Notes: generated by a model from the sequence alone, not told the origin. A stretch of 64,000 bases of DNA from an uncultured Planctomycetaceae bacterium (GCA_963785305.1 CAWAUV010000008.1:640001-704000), one strand, 5' to 3'. Counted from the first letter of the stretch, positions 1 through 12,117 are shown. A program made the numbers and translations.

Positions 1-748
1 ATCCGACCAAAGTCTGGAGCGACCCGGAAACCGACATCGCGGTGATGGGAGTGCCCGACTCTCGGCTGCCCACCTCGCAATTGGCCGACAGCAATCTGGT
101 CGAGATCGGCGATTTCGTGCTGGCGATCGGGAGTCCGTTTGGGCTGAGCCATTCGGTCACGTTTGGCATCATCAGCGCCAAGGGACGCCGCGACTTGAAG
201 CTCGGCGACGAAGTGCATTTCCAGGACTTCCTCCAGACCGACGCCGCGATCAATCCCGGCAATAGCGGCGGACCGCTCATCAATCTTCGCGGCGAAGTCG
301 TGGGCATGAACACCGCCATCGCCAGCAGTTCCGGCGGCAGCGAAGGCATCGGCTTCACGATTCCGATCAACATCGTGATGGTCGTGGCCAAGCAGTTGGT
401 CGAACGTGGGGCGGTGCAACGGGCTTTCATGGGCGTGGCGCTCGATCGCAAGTTCAGCCCGGCCGTGGCCGTGAGCGTCGGCCTGCGGCGGCCGCGCGGG
501 CGCATATCACGCGTGTCACGCCGGGATCGCCGGCCGAAGCGGGCAAATTGCTCGCCGGCGACGTGGTGCTGAAGTACGATGGCGTTCCGGTGGACGATGA
601 CCTGCACCTGATCAACATGGTGAGCCTCACGGAAGTGGGGCGCGTCGTGCCGCTGGTCGTGTTTCGCAATCAGCAACTCGTGAATCTGGCGGTCAAGGTC
701 GGCGCCGCTCCGCCCAAGGAGCCCGCCGTCGCGCCTGCAAAGAAGTGA
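1..748 (+). CDS. HtrA/DegP-family trypsin-like serine protease with PDZ domain (5' truncated; apparent frameshift near 498)
   Basis: ORF 42..572 has QTDAAINPGNSGGPL (catalytic Ser motif) and AIGSPFGL. The PDZ part (GDVVLKYDG) continues in ORF 548..748. Confidence 0.9.
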
Positions 749-818
749 GACCGGTGAAGAAGTGCCGACGAGCTCGCGACATCGTGATTGCCATCTTCGC
801 GTTGAAACGGAACTCCCC

Positions 819-2276
819 ATGGTTCGATTTCCGCTGGCCGTGCGTCTTTGCGTTTCGATTGCTTCGGTTTTGCTGATTGGGCGCATGGTCCACGCCGCCG
901 ATGGCGGTCGCCCCGCCGCCGATCGCGCGGTGGTGCTGGTGAGCATGGATGGTCTGGCCGGGTTCTACCTCGATGATCCCAAGGCCGACATGCCCACGTT
1001 GCGCCGCTTGGCTCGCGAGGGCGCACGGGCCAGCGGCATGGTGTGTGTTTTCCCCACGAACACTTGGCCAAACCACACAACGCTCGTCACCGGAGTCGCG
1101 CCCAGCGTGCATGGAGTGCTCAGCAATTCGTTTATCGATCGGGCCACGCAAAAAACAGTCACCCTGCTTTGCGACCCCGTGTTCGACAAAGACGAAATCG
1201 TGAAGGCGCCCACGGTGTACGACGCCGCGCACGCGGCCGGACTCAAGACCGCGTCGGTCATTTGGCCGGCCACGCGCAACGCGAAGTCGATCGACTGGAC
1301 CGTGCCCGACATGTTGGGCGACGCCTGGAAGCAATATGGCACGGCCTCGTGGCTCGACGAGTTGCGAAGCGAGGGCGTTCCGGTCGACATGCAAGGCGCC
1401 TGGTGCACGGCCACCCACGGCGGACCTTGTCGCGACTGGCTCTACGCGCGCATGGCGGCCCAGGTGATCGAGAAACATGCCCCGAATCTGCTCATGGTGC
1501 ATTTGGTCGAGATTGACCATGTGGAGCATCGCGCCGGACCGAGCTCGCCCGATGCCTATTGGGCAGTGCGCTATGGCGACGATCGGCTTCGCGATATCGT
1601 CGAAGCGATCGAGCGCTCGCCCCGCCGCGACCGAACAACGCTGATCGTGGTGAGCGATCATGGATTCTTCCCAATCGATATCGAGATTCGACCAAATGTG
1701 CTGCTCAAGCAGCTTGGGCTCGTGCCCAGCGGGGCCAAGTCGAGCGACGCGAAATCCAATGACGCGAAATCGAGCGATGTAAAAAGCGCCAATGGCGGCG
1801 CGCCCAAGCGGCTGGCGTGGTCGATCAGCCAGGGCGGCGCGGCTCAACTCACGATCTTCGACGACTCGCGCCGCGCCGAAATCAGGGCGCAACTGCTCGA
1901 GCTCTTGCCGCGCGTCGAAGGCGTGGCGGCGGTGTATGGCCCCGATCGGTTCCATGAAATCGGGCAAGCCACGCCGGCCGAAGACCCGCACGCGCCCGAT
2001 CTCTGGCTGGCGGCCAAGCGCGGTTACTCGTTCAGCGATAGCGACCAGGGCGACAATATAAGATTGCCGCGCGACAGCCACGCCGGCGCCCACGGCTACT
2101 TGCCGGATAATAGCGAACTCGAGGCGACCTGTGTGCTGTCGGGCGCGGGTGTGCGCCACGGCGGTTCGTTGGGGAAGATCAGCAATCTCCAAATCGCTCC
2201 CACGATCGCGAAGCTTCTCGAACTCGAATTGCCCACCGCCAAGTCCCCACCGCTCTCGGCGGGCTTGAAACAATAA
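819..2276 (+). CDS. Alkaline phosphatase superfamily / nucleotide pyrophosphatase-phosphodiesterase, secreted
   Basis: Signal-like N-terminus from ATG 819; motifs VSMDG, FPTNTWPNHTTLVTG, EIDHVEH, VVSDHG and GAHGY. Confidence 0.88.
   Translation: MVRFPLAVRLCVSIASVLLIGRMVHAADGGRPAADRAVVLVSMDGLAGFYLDDPKADMPTLRRLAREGARASGMVCVFPTNTWPNHTTLVTGVAPSVHGVLSNSFIDRATQKTVTLLCDPVFDKDEIVKAPTVYDAAHAAGLKTASVIWPATRNAKSIDWTVPDMLGDAWKQYGTASWLDELRSEGVPVDMQGAWCTATHGGPCRDWLYARMAAQVIEKHAPNLLMVHLVEIDHVEHRAGPSSPDAYWAVRYGDDRLRDIVEAIERSPRRDRTTLIVVSDHGFFPIDIEIRPNVLLKQLGLVPSGAKSSDAKSNDAKSSDVKSANGGAPKRLAWSISQGGAAQLTIFDDSRRAEIRAQLLELLPRVEGVAAVYGPDRFHEIGQATPAEDPHAPDLWLAAKRGYSFSDSDQGDNIRLPRDSHAGAHGYLPDNSELEATCVLSGAGVRHGGSLGKISNLQIAPTIAKLLELELPTAKSPPLSAGLKQ
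1734..1787 (+). repeat. Degenerate 15-bp in-frame tandem repeat (AKSSD-AKSND-AKSSD-VKS) inside the phosphodiesterase
   Basis: gccaagtcgagcgac gcgaaatccaatgac gcgaaatcgagcgat gtaaaaagc. Confidence 0.75.
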
Positions 2277-2295
2277 GCTCGACTATTTCGGCCGT

Positions 2296-2470
2296 CCGCT
2301 TCTCGGCGTCAGGCGCCTCGCTGCCAGCGAGCGAGCATCATCTGGTTCTGGCAATTGCCTATCACACCCGCTTCTCGGCGTCAGGCGCCTCGCTGCCGTG
2401 GTCGGATGTCGATATCGCCGTCCCCTCCGCCGGATCACACCCGCTTCTCGGCGTCAGGCGCCTCGCTGCC
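2296..2470. repeat. Three regularly spaced direct repeats (30-bp identical core, 37 bp in two copies); CRISPR-like mini-array
   Basis: Core CCGCTTCTCGGCGTCAGGCGCCTCGCTGCC at 2296, 2368 and 2441. Copies 2 and 3 extend with ATCACAC (2361, 2434). Intervening segments are 35 and 36 bp. Confidence 0.85.
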
Positions 2471-3957
2471 AGCGAGCCGAGTAACTGAACCGCGCCCAGG
2501 CCGGCGCCGGTTAACTGGCGTTTGAGTTTCTCCCACTGCTCGGCGCTCCGTGTCTCGGCCAGCACTCGCAGCGCCTTGGCCCGATCGCCCTCGGGCAAGG
2601 TTCGCACGATCAGCGGCCAGAGCGATTCGTCGACATTGTAGATTGACTCGGGCCGCAGGCACACCGGCACGATCCGCTCGGCCGCGACTTGCAAATCTCC
2701 GGCCACGGCCTCGATGGCCTCGCGCAGGTTGCGCTCCTTGGTCGACTGGCCCTGGGCAATGTCGTAGGGCGGGCGCCATTCCTGGATCGGGCGCACGGTG
2801 TCCATGTGCGACAGCGCGACCACGATCGGCGGCGGGGCTCGCATGGTGAGCGACTCCATCTCGCGCCGGAATTCATCGAGCAAGCGGCGATCGGCCTCGC
2901 GCACCGCGCCCGCGCCGAAACCACCGCGATCACGAGGTCGCACCGTTCGAGCTCCCGGTCGAGCTTGGCGCGGGCAGCGCTATCGTCGACGCCCGCGAAC
3001 CCGATCGTGTCGAACACCATTGCCTTCAAGTCGCCGTCGCGTTCGAGTCGATAGGCGGTGATCGCGCTCGTGGCGGGCAGCACATCGGTGGCGGCGCGCA
3101 TTTGCCCGAACATGGCGTTGATGAGGCTCGACTTGCCGGCCTTGGTTTGCCCGAGCACGAGCACTTGCAGCGGCTTGTCGGCGCCCAAGTGTTCGAGAGC
3201 CGGCTCGGCCAGCGAAAACTGGCCGCTATAGAGATCGATTGCGTAGCGGCCGGTTTGCTCGACCACGAATCGCGTCGCGCAGCGCGTCAGTTCGTCGGCC
3301 AGATTTTTGCCGGCAAAGCCGAAAAACTTCAACCGCGCTTCATTGAGGATTGCCGCCGAGGGATTTATGAAGGGCCGCCCGACGCGATAGGCCCAATACG
3401 CCGCGTTGATCGCTTGGTTGGCTAGCGGGCCCAACTTGCAAGTTCGGTCGGCGTCGGCGATCGTGACGCGATCGGCCAGCGGCACGAGGTCTTGGATTTG
3501 TTCCCGGCAGTCGCGCAACCCGCTCGACGACTTGCAGCACGCCGGTAATCGGCGCTTCGAGGGCCGGGCGCTTTGAGTCGGGATGAAATCGCCGAGCGAC
3601 GACTTCAAATGCTTCGATGAACGCCGCGAGCCAAGCGTCGCGATCGTCGAGCGCGGGCGGCGCGGTTTCCCGTCGATCGGCCAGGGTTTGCACGTCTTTC
3701 CAGGCTTCGATTCCCGCGGGCGGCCAACGATCGCTGGGCGGACGGGCGTCGAAGGACTTGCGCGGTCGGCGGGCGTCGAGCGTCTTGATCGCCACCCAGC
3801 CAGCGAGGGCGACCGCCGCGTCGATCGCCACGAACAGGAGCAGCCAATGCCGCTCGTAGAGCCAGAGGCAGCCGAGCGCGATCAAGAGCGCGGCGGGCGC
3901 CGCGAACACGACCATTCGCAGCACTAGGCGAAGATTCAAGAGCTGCAACCACTTCAT
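2362..3957 (-). CDS. Membrane-anchored Era/YeeP-like GTPase (apparent frameshifts near 3513 and 2912)
   Basis: Two N-terminal TM helices in ORF 3340..3957; G1 GQTKAGKS and G3 DTIG in ORF 2610..3608; G4-like SHMD and C-terminus in ORF 2362..2943. Confidence 0.8.
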
Positions 3958-3991
3958 CCTGGGGGTTCCTCGCCGGCAAAGGGCGTTCGCA

Positions 3992-5188
3992 TCATGCGCC
4001 CGACGACGCGGCGCGGTGTTTCATGTATTCGGCCATTCGCTTGCGACCATCTTCCACCTCTTGGCTAAAGCATTTTCGGAGGCTTTCGGCGGTGGGGGCG
4101 ATGCCTTGCCGGACTTGCGCGAAGTACCAGCAGAGCGTGCAGCCGAGCGCGTAGGTGTTGGCGGCCGTGGCGAGCGCGGCGGCGGCGGTTCCCACGACCG
4201 GGATCAGGGCCATTAACTGTCGACCCGCCATGTCGACGACGAATTTCGTGCCCAGCGCACCGCCCAGTTCGCCCATGATGCGGCCGGTGAGCGGTTGTTG
4301 ATAGATCGAGGCGATCGCGTGAAACATCTTGGCGTCGATCGCCGCGATCAGGGGAATGCCCACGGCCGGCAATGCTCCCGCGGCGCCGGCCGCCACCGAC
4401 GAGGCAACAATATGCGGCCACGCTTTGCGATAAAACATTTGCGCCAACTCATCGCGGAGGCCGGGTTGCTGACCCAGTAGATTCCGCAAGCCGACAGGCA
4501 GTTCGGCGTCGATCGCGTTCCAGAGTTGCTCGAGCCCGAAGAATTCCGGCGAATAACCGTCTTCGGGCAACGTGAAATCGACCGGCACGAACCGCGTGGC
4601 CACATGGGCGAGGTCGTGCCGCTGACGCTCGAGGCTGCGAACCAAGTCGAGCGGCGCCGCGGAGCTGTCCGGCTTGCCGAACGGATAGGGCAGCAAATGG
4701 CCGACGCCGGGCGGATAACCGTCGTGCAGCGATGTTTGCACCACAATCACCGGCATGTCGGGCATTGCCTTGCGCACCGCGCGGGCCGCGTCGGTCACGG
4801 CGGCCAGCGCCTGATCCATTGCCCTCACGACGACCAGCAGCAGATGCGATTGCCCCTGGCAGTAGGCGATGTCTTCGGCCGGGTCGTAGTTGGCTTCGCC
4901 CAAGCCGCGAGTGTCGAGGAAACGGATGAGGCAATCGGATTCATCGGGAAACGCATAAAGCCTCGCGGTGCGAGTGCAGGGGCGAAAGCCGTTGCCGATT
5001 TCGGTGAGCGTGCTGCCGGTGATGGCCCGCACGATCGACGACTTGCCCGACTGGGTTTTGCCAAGCAGCCACACTACCGGCCGCGGCAGCGAAGCCCGCG
5101 CCCGGCGCAGCCGCTCTTCGACCTCGGCGGAATCGACGCGGGGCGAAATCACATGCTCGGTGATTAACGACCAGAAATGGGAAACCAT
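3992..5188 (-). CDS. GTPase with C-terminal DUF697/YcjF-like hydrophobic domain
   Basis: G1 GKTQSGKS, G2 PCTRT, G3 DTRG. The C-terminal Ala/Gly-rich helices (AAGAAGALP...KMFHAIASIY...LIPVVG) are typical of DUF697. ATG 5188 chosen as start. Confidence 0.82.
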   Translation of the reverse strand: MVSHFWSLITEHVISPRVDSAEVEERLRRARASLPRPVVWLLGKTQSGKSSIVRAITGSTLTEIGNGFRPCTRTARLYAFPDESDCLIRFLDTRGLGEANYDPAEDIAYCQGQSHLLLVVVRAMDQALAAVTDAARAVRKAMPDMPVIVVQTSLHDGYPPGVGHLLPYPFGKPDSSAAPLDLVRSLERQRHDLAHVATRFVPVDFTLPEDGYSPEFFGLEQLWNAIDAELPVGLRNLLGQQPGLRDELAQMFYRKAWPHIVASSVAAGAAGALPAVGIPLIAAIDAKMFHAIASIYQQPLTGRIMGELGGALGTKFVVDMAGRQLMALIPVVGTAAAALATAANTYALGCTLCWYFAQVRQGIAPTAESLRKCFSQEVEDGRKRMAEYMKHRAASSGA

Positions 5189-5305
5189 CAACGAGGTCTT
5201 GGTGATTTTCGAGGAAATCCACGGAAGCTCTTGGTAGTTATAGCAACTCGGCAACGGAAGAGCCGTCGCATTCCCGCTGATCTCGGAAAATTTTTTATGC
5301 GGCTA

Positions 5306-5333
5306 TTGACCTGAATCCGATGATATCTATAAT
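5306..5333 (+). promoter_or_regulatory. Sigma70-type promoter upstream of the DUF1559/PEP-CTERM cluster
   Basis: TTGACC(5306)-16 bp-TATAAT(5328), preceded by an AT-rich tract (aaaattttttat). Confidence 0.65.
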
Positions 5334-5837
5334 CATGCGAATCTTGATCGGATTACTCGTCATTAAACGATCGAGTGCTCGCCGGAGGGCGAGGCATTAT
5401 TTACAAGTTCGGACGACGCTAACTGGGAAAACCGGAGGCGCGTGACCTGTTGCTCAGGAATCACGACATGCCAATTAGCATTCTTTCTGTCCGCTCTCGG
5501 GCGCGTCAGTCGGACCGTCTCGGCAAGGATCTGCCGAAGCCGCTGACTGCCCCGGGCGCCTCGCCAACCGTGTTCGGTTGGCAAGTTCATCGACTTGACG
5601 CCGCATGCGACGCCAGCTTCGGGCTGGCGCCTGGCGGCGCGTGTTGTCGCGTGAACTAACGGCGGAATCTTTCGGTCGCCGCGTTGTTCGGCCCGTGCTC
5701 GCTCACGAGCGCGGTCGCTGAGGCCGGCCACCGTGTAGCCACTCGAGCTATCGAGAGCTCTTCTCTCTTACTTGCGCCGGACTGGACTTCCAGAAGCGCG
5801 TCTGCCTCAATCCGCCGCTGATGCGCGCCAACCGAAC

Positions 5838-6871
5838 ATGAACCATTACCAAATTGCGGCCAACAGCCGCGCGCAAGGAACGGATTCACATTGGTCGAAC
5901 TGTTGGTGGTGATCGCCATCATCGGCGTTTTGACCTCGATTTTACTGCCTGCCGCGCAGGCCGCGCGAGAAGCGGCCCGGCGTGGCGGATGCTCCAACAA
6001 CCTCAAGCAAATTGGCTTGGCGACGCTGAACTTCGTCGACGCCAAAAAGACGTTTCCCATGGGGCGACAGCAACCCAATACCTATAGCCAGCATGTGCTG
6101 ATCCTGCCGTATCTCGAGGAGTCCGACATCTCCAAGCTAATCAACACCTCGATCGGAACCGGCGGCAGCCCTCCGCGGCTGTACACGATCGCCGAGTTCT
6201 TGTGCCCTTCCGAAATCGGGGATCGCATGCTCGATGGCTCGGTATCGGACAATCAGGTCGGTTGGGGAAGGAACAACTACCGCGCGAATGCGGGAAGCGA
6301 TGTCGGAATCACCACCAACAGCGGCGCGACCAACGCGTGCGAGCGGAACAACGGCATCTTCCTTACCAACACCACGGTCTCGCTTAAGCAGGTGACCGAT
6401 GGGACGTCGAAGACGTCGCTGTTTAGCGAACGCGCCCTCGGCGACAGCAACGACAATTCCGTCGAGTTGGTTAGCGATTACTTTGGAGTCAAGAACAACG
6501 CCAGCACCTCGACCGTGGCGGGATTGCAGCAAAAGTGTGGCGCTCTCAGTCCATCGACGATGGTGGGAGGCGATCAATATTCCTACTCCGGGCGCGACTG
6601 GATCAACGGCAATTATTGCACGTCGCGCTACACGCATGTTCTGGGGCCCAACACGCCTGCCTGCGTGCGGGTGGCCAGCCCGAACTCGATGGGAGCCGGG
6701 TTCAACGACTACGGTGGCGCGATCACGGCCACTAGTCGTCATCCCGGCGGCGTGAACTTCGTGCTTTGCGACGGCAGCGTGCAGTTCGCGACCGAGGATA
6801 TTTCCTTGCTCGTGTGGCAAGGGCTCGGCTCGCGCGCGGGCTCCGAACTAATTCCAGCGGACGCGTTTTGA
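5838..6871 (+). CDS. DUF1559 prepilin-type N-terminal cleavage/methylation protein (H-X9-DG C-terminus)
   Basis: [17 protein letters not shown]...[46 protein letters not shown] 5838 is one base out of frame with the GFTL motif (probable indel). Confidence 0.9.
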
Positions 6872-6940
6872 CGGCTTCGTGAAATCAAGCCGGTGTTTCG
6901 CGAGAGCCGCAATACTCATATTTTTCAGCGAGAAACATTG

Positions 6941-9900
6941 ATGCGAACTAGATTTATACCCTTGCGATTGTCGCGACGAACCCGCGCTACTTTAGCTCGA
7001 TCGGCCAATACGGCGGTCGCGCTCGCAATGCTACTTGCCGCTCGAAGTTCCCTCGCGCAAACCGACATCACTTGGTCGGGCGCCGCGAACACAACCTTCG
7101 CCACCGCGGGAAACTGGGTGGGTGGCGTCGCCCCAGCAAATGATTTGATCACCAACATCGGTCTTTTCAGCGGAACGGTCGCGACCAATCCGCCCGTGGT
7201 AACCGCGAATCGCGGCATCGGCGGATTGCAATTCAACACGCCAGCGGGCGGTTGGACGCTCGGCTCCGGGGGAATTCTCACCCTTGGCTCAAGCGGGATC
7301 AGCACCGACGGTCAAACGAGCGGAACCGACACGATTGCCGCGAAGTTGGCATTCCCGGCGTCGGCGCAAAACACTTCGATCATCGCCGGCTCCGGGGGCA
7401 CGTTGTCTCTGAATGGCGTCATTTCGGGAGGCGCTGGGGGAACTGTCACGATCGGCGGCAGCTCCGATCAGGGGATCGTGATATTCGACGCCGTGAACAC
7501 GTACACCGCGAGCACCACCCTTGCCTACGGCACGGTCGATCTGATGAGCACCCAGCCCTTCGGCGCCGCGAACAGCGCCGTCGCCATCAATGACGGCGTG
7601 ACGATCGAAAACACGAGCTCAGGCAACAAGGCCTTGGTGGCCTACGCCACGACCGTGAACGGCAGCTTTACCTATGCCGAAACCGATAATTTCAACGTCA
7701 ATTTCAACGGTGGCACGATTGCGTTGAATGCGAGTCCCACGATCACGGTCAGCGGGGCCGATACCCTTACCGGCAATCTGATTCTCACCGGAGTCGTCAG
7801 CGACGGCGCGAATGGCCCCGCGAGCATCGCCGCGAATGTATCGGACACCGGCGCGATCCTACAACTAAACGGCCTCAATACTTTTAGTGGAGGGCTGAAC
7901 CTGAACGCGGGCAAGGTCGAAACCAGCGCCGCGGGCACGCAGACTTCCGGCGGGTTTGGAACCGGCACGGTCACCCTGAACGGCGGCGCCGTCTCCACGA
8001 CGCTGCTTCTCAACGGCGCTAATGCGACGATTTACAATCCCATTACCGTCAACACCTCGACGGCGGACCAGTTGCTCGAAGGCAATAACAACCAAACATT
8101 CAACAGCAACATTCTGCTCAATGGCGCGGTATACGTGCAGGAAAACACGAACGCGGACACATTGACTTTCGCCGGCAATATCAACGGCAATGGCAAGATT
8201 ATTCTTACGACGGGTAACGCCCTCAGGTTCATCTCCTTGAACGGGTCCAATAGCTACACCGGCGGCACGACCGTGAACGGCGGCACGTTGATCGCCGGCA
8301 GCACGACGGCCTTCGGCGCGCCGACCGGCGCCTCGCTGAGCTTCACCGCCGCCGACACGGGCACGGTGCAACTCAACGGCAACTCGACGACCATCGTCGG
8401 CTTGACCGCCGGCGCCGGCGCTGGCACGAACACCGTCGAGAACGCGAGCGCCACGACTCCGGCCACCTTGAACGTCAATGTGCCGGTCTCGTCGTCTTTC
8501 GCGGGCGTGTTGGCCGACGGCGGAGCGCAGCCGCTCTCTCTTACACTCGGCGGCGCCGGCGCGCTGACGCTCGCCGGCGCGAATACGTACACCGGCGCCA
8601 CAAGCGTCAACACGGGCGCCTTGGCACTGGCCGCGGGCGGATCGCTGGGCGGAACGGCCGTGACGGTGGCCAGCGGCGCGACGCTGCAAATCGCCGGCGC
8701 CACGAGCGGCGCGAGCAGTTACACGATCGGAACCGGCTCATCGGGCAGCGTGACGCTCGATGGCACGCTCAAATTCGTCGACTCGAACTCCATCGCGACG
8801 ACGCTCAACGTAAACTCCGGCGCGAGCAACACCGGCCTGACGCTCGGCAGCGGCACGCTTGATTTCAACGCCCCAACCTCGGGAGCGGTCGATACGATCG
8901 CCGACCAAGGCCAGCTTAGTCTGGCGGGCGCCACGACGATCAACCTGGCGGGCGCCACGCTTTCGCCCGGAACATACCCGCTGATTACATTTCCCGGGGG
9001 CCTCGCGCCAAGCTCCAGTGGGGCGTTTCAATTCAGCAATGGCTCGACTGTTGAAACGATCGTCAACGGCCCGGTCACGACGACATACACACTCACGCCC
9101 AACGGCACGAACACGGCGGAAAACTTGGTCGTCACCGCGAACGCCGCGTTTCCCGCCGCCGCGTATTGGGGCGGCGCAAGGGGATGGCTCTTGGAGCACG
9201 CTCACGGGGGCAAATGCAACGAACTGGCTGACCGCCGCCTCCGGTGGAACGGACACGGGCGCCCTTCCCGGCTCGACGACGGACGTGTACCTCACCGCCA
9301 ACAGCGCGACGCAAAACGCCAGCACGACGCTCGATGGCGGCTTCACCATCAACAGCCTGACGTTCACCGGCTCGGGCACGGCCAACTCGACTGGCTCGAC
9401 GGTCGCCCCCGGCGCCAATTCGGGCAATACGCTGACGATCACCGCCGCGGGATTCAACGCCGCCGCGGGCGGCCCCGCGATCGGAGTGGGCATCGTGTCG
9501 CAAAGTGGCGCGGGCCCCGACACGATCAGCGCCAACCTGGCGCTGGGCGGTCCGCAGAGCTGGAGCAACAACAGTTCCAGCCTGCTGACGGTCTCTGGCA
9601 ATGTGAATAATCGCGGCAATCTGCTCACGATCGCCGACACGGGGTCGGGCGGGACCACGATCAGCGGCATCATCTCCGGCGCGGGTGGCCTGACCGTGAA
9701 CAGTTCGGCCACCGTTTCGCTTTCCGCGGCGAACACGTTCAGCGGGCCGGTCACTTTGAGCAGCGGCACATTGCAAATGTCGGGCTCGGGCACGCTGGGC
9801 GCGATAGCGAACACCCTCGCGGCCAGCGGCGGAACACTCGACCTCGGCGCCACCAGCCAACAAACTGGCGCGGTGACGATCTCGGGCGGCGTGATTCAAG

Positions 9901-11846
9901 ACGGAACGCTCTCCGGCGCGTCGTACACGGCGAGCAACGCCGGCGCCGCCACGATTAGCGCGTTGCTGGCGGGCTCTGGCAAAATGACCGACAACGGCGC
10001 CGGCACGTTGACACTAACCAACAGCAATAATTCCTACTCGGGGGGAACCACGTTGGGCGCCGGATCGGGCATTCTGAATTTCGTCTCTGGCGCTCTGGGC
10101 CCCGGAACCAATCTCACCTTCCTGGGCGGAACACTGCAGTATGCCCCCGGCAATACCCAGGATGTCTCCGCGCTGATCGGGGCCGTGACCAAAAGCACGG
10201 GCGCAATCAGCATTGATGTCAACGGAAACACGGTCGTCTTCAACAACAAGATATCCTCGAACAACACTGGCGGCTTGATTGCCAATTCCTCTATTTCAGG
10301 CGGTTCGTTAACTCTCAATGGGGCCAACGCCTACACGGGCGTCACCACGATCGAAAACGTCACCGTCAACGTCAGTACTTACACCAGCATTTCCACTGCC
10401 GGCAGCTTGGGCGCTCCGACCACGAACGACAACGCGCGATTGTTCTTCGACGCCACGAACGGTGGCGTCGCCACGCTGAACTACACCGGCGTGGGCAACA
10501 CGGCGAATCGTCTGTTCACGGCGGAGAGCAACGCCACGATCAATAACATCGGCTCCGGCGCTTTGAACATCAACAACGCCGGCGCCCTGGGATTCACCGC
10601 CACGTCGCCCGTGACCCTGTCGTTCGGCGGTAGCTACATCGGAACGAACAGTTTTGCCCCGATCATTCTCGACAGCAGTTCCACGAACACGACGAGTCTC
10701 GTCGTCGATGGCAGCTCGTGGTTGTTCTCGGGCAATAACACATTCAGCGGCGGAGCGACGATCACCAGTGGCGGGGCGCTGGTGGGAGTAAGCAACGTGG
10801 GCTCGACGAGCGGCGCCCTGGGCACGGGACCGGTGACACTTGGAGGTCCGGCCAGCGGCGCGACCGCGAGCCTGCTGATCGATGGCGCCTTTACGTTCTC
10901 CAACCCGATCGACGTGGCCAGCAGCGTAACTGTCGGCACATTGTCCATCGGCGGGGCCACCGACAGCAACTCGACGTTCTCGGGCGCCATCACGCTCGAC
11001 AACAGCCTCGCGATCTCGCAAGTCGCGACGGCCAGCGGCAACACGCTGGCCCTAACCGGCGGTATCATTGGTGGTTCACACGGCCCCCAAAGCGTCGCTT
11101 TCGCCGGCCCCGGCATGATCACCGTCGGAAATGCGCCCATTGTCGATGATGGCGCGAATACAATAAGCGTGAACGTCACCGCCGGGGTGGCGAATTTCAG
11201 CATCGCGAATGCCTACAGTGGTGGCACGAGCGTGGCGGTCGGCGCGACGCTTGTCGCCTCGAATTCCAGCGGATCGGCCACCGGCGGTGGACCGGTTGTC
11301 GTCGATGGCACGCTCGCCGGAAATGGCGCGATCACCGGTTCGCTAAGCGTCGGCGGCGGACAGTTGGCGCCAAGCCTCGGAGGCGCGGGCGGCGCCTTGC
11401 CGGCGAACCTCACGCTCGGCTCGGTGAACCTCGCCGACGCCCAATCCTCCCTGAACTACCAGCTCGGCACGGCCAACGGCAGCGACTTGATCAGCGTCAA
11501 TGGTAACCTCAGCATCTTCGGGGGCACGCGGCTCAACATTTCATCTTCAAGCTTTGCCGCTCTTTCCGGCCCGACGGCTTACGAACTCTTTTCCTACACC
11601 GGCTCGCTGTATCAAACGGGCGACGGCGGCGGCCTCCAGATCGGCTCCGTTCCCACGGGATACAGCTACACGTTCGTATACAACACTCCCAACCAAGTGG
11701 ACTTGCTGGTATCCCTGGTCCCCGAGCCCGCGACCTGGGTAATGGCCTCGATGGCGGCGATCGGGCTGCTTGGAGCGCGATGTTGGTCGCGCATGCGGAA
11801 AGTGCGACGACTGACCACGGGAGAGGAGCGGAAAACCAATTCCTGA
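6941..11846 (+). CDS. Large secreted protein with autotransporter-associated beta-strand repeats and C-terminal PEP-CTERM (apparent frameshift near 9180)
   Basis: Signal peptide ending SLA-Q; many NTYTGxTxVxxGxL repeats across ORFs 6893..9610 and 9018..11846; C-terminal VPEPATW + TM helix + basic tail. Confidence 0.88.
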
Positions 11847-12117
11847 ACCGGAAAAAAAATTCGCGGCCGGCGATACCTTCTGGAATCTGGCGGGTTTAAT
11901 CGACGGGCCGCGGGTCTATTCGAGGTCCACGATCGACGACTGGGCGGGAATTGCCGCATGAATGACTTTGGAAAATGGCGTGAGGCCCTCACCGTAATCG
12001 TTTGGTGAGCGCCGCGACTATCGGATGGCGAGGCTCGCGCGAGCCAGCCCTTTTAAACCACCAAGCCGTTGCTGACCGGGCGCCCCGGAAGCGACTTCTT
12101 CAAGAAACCGGCTCCCC

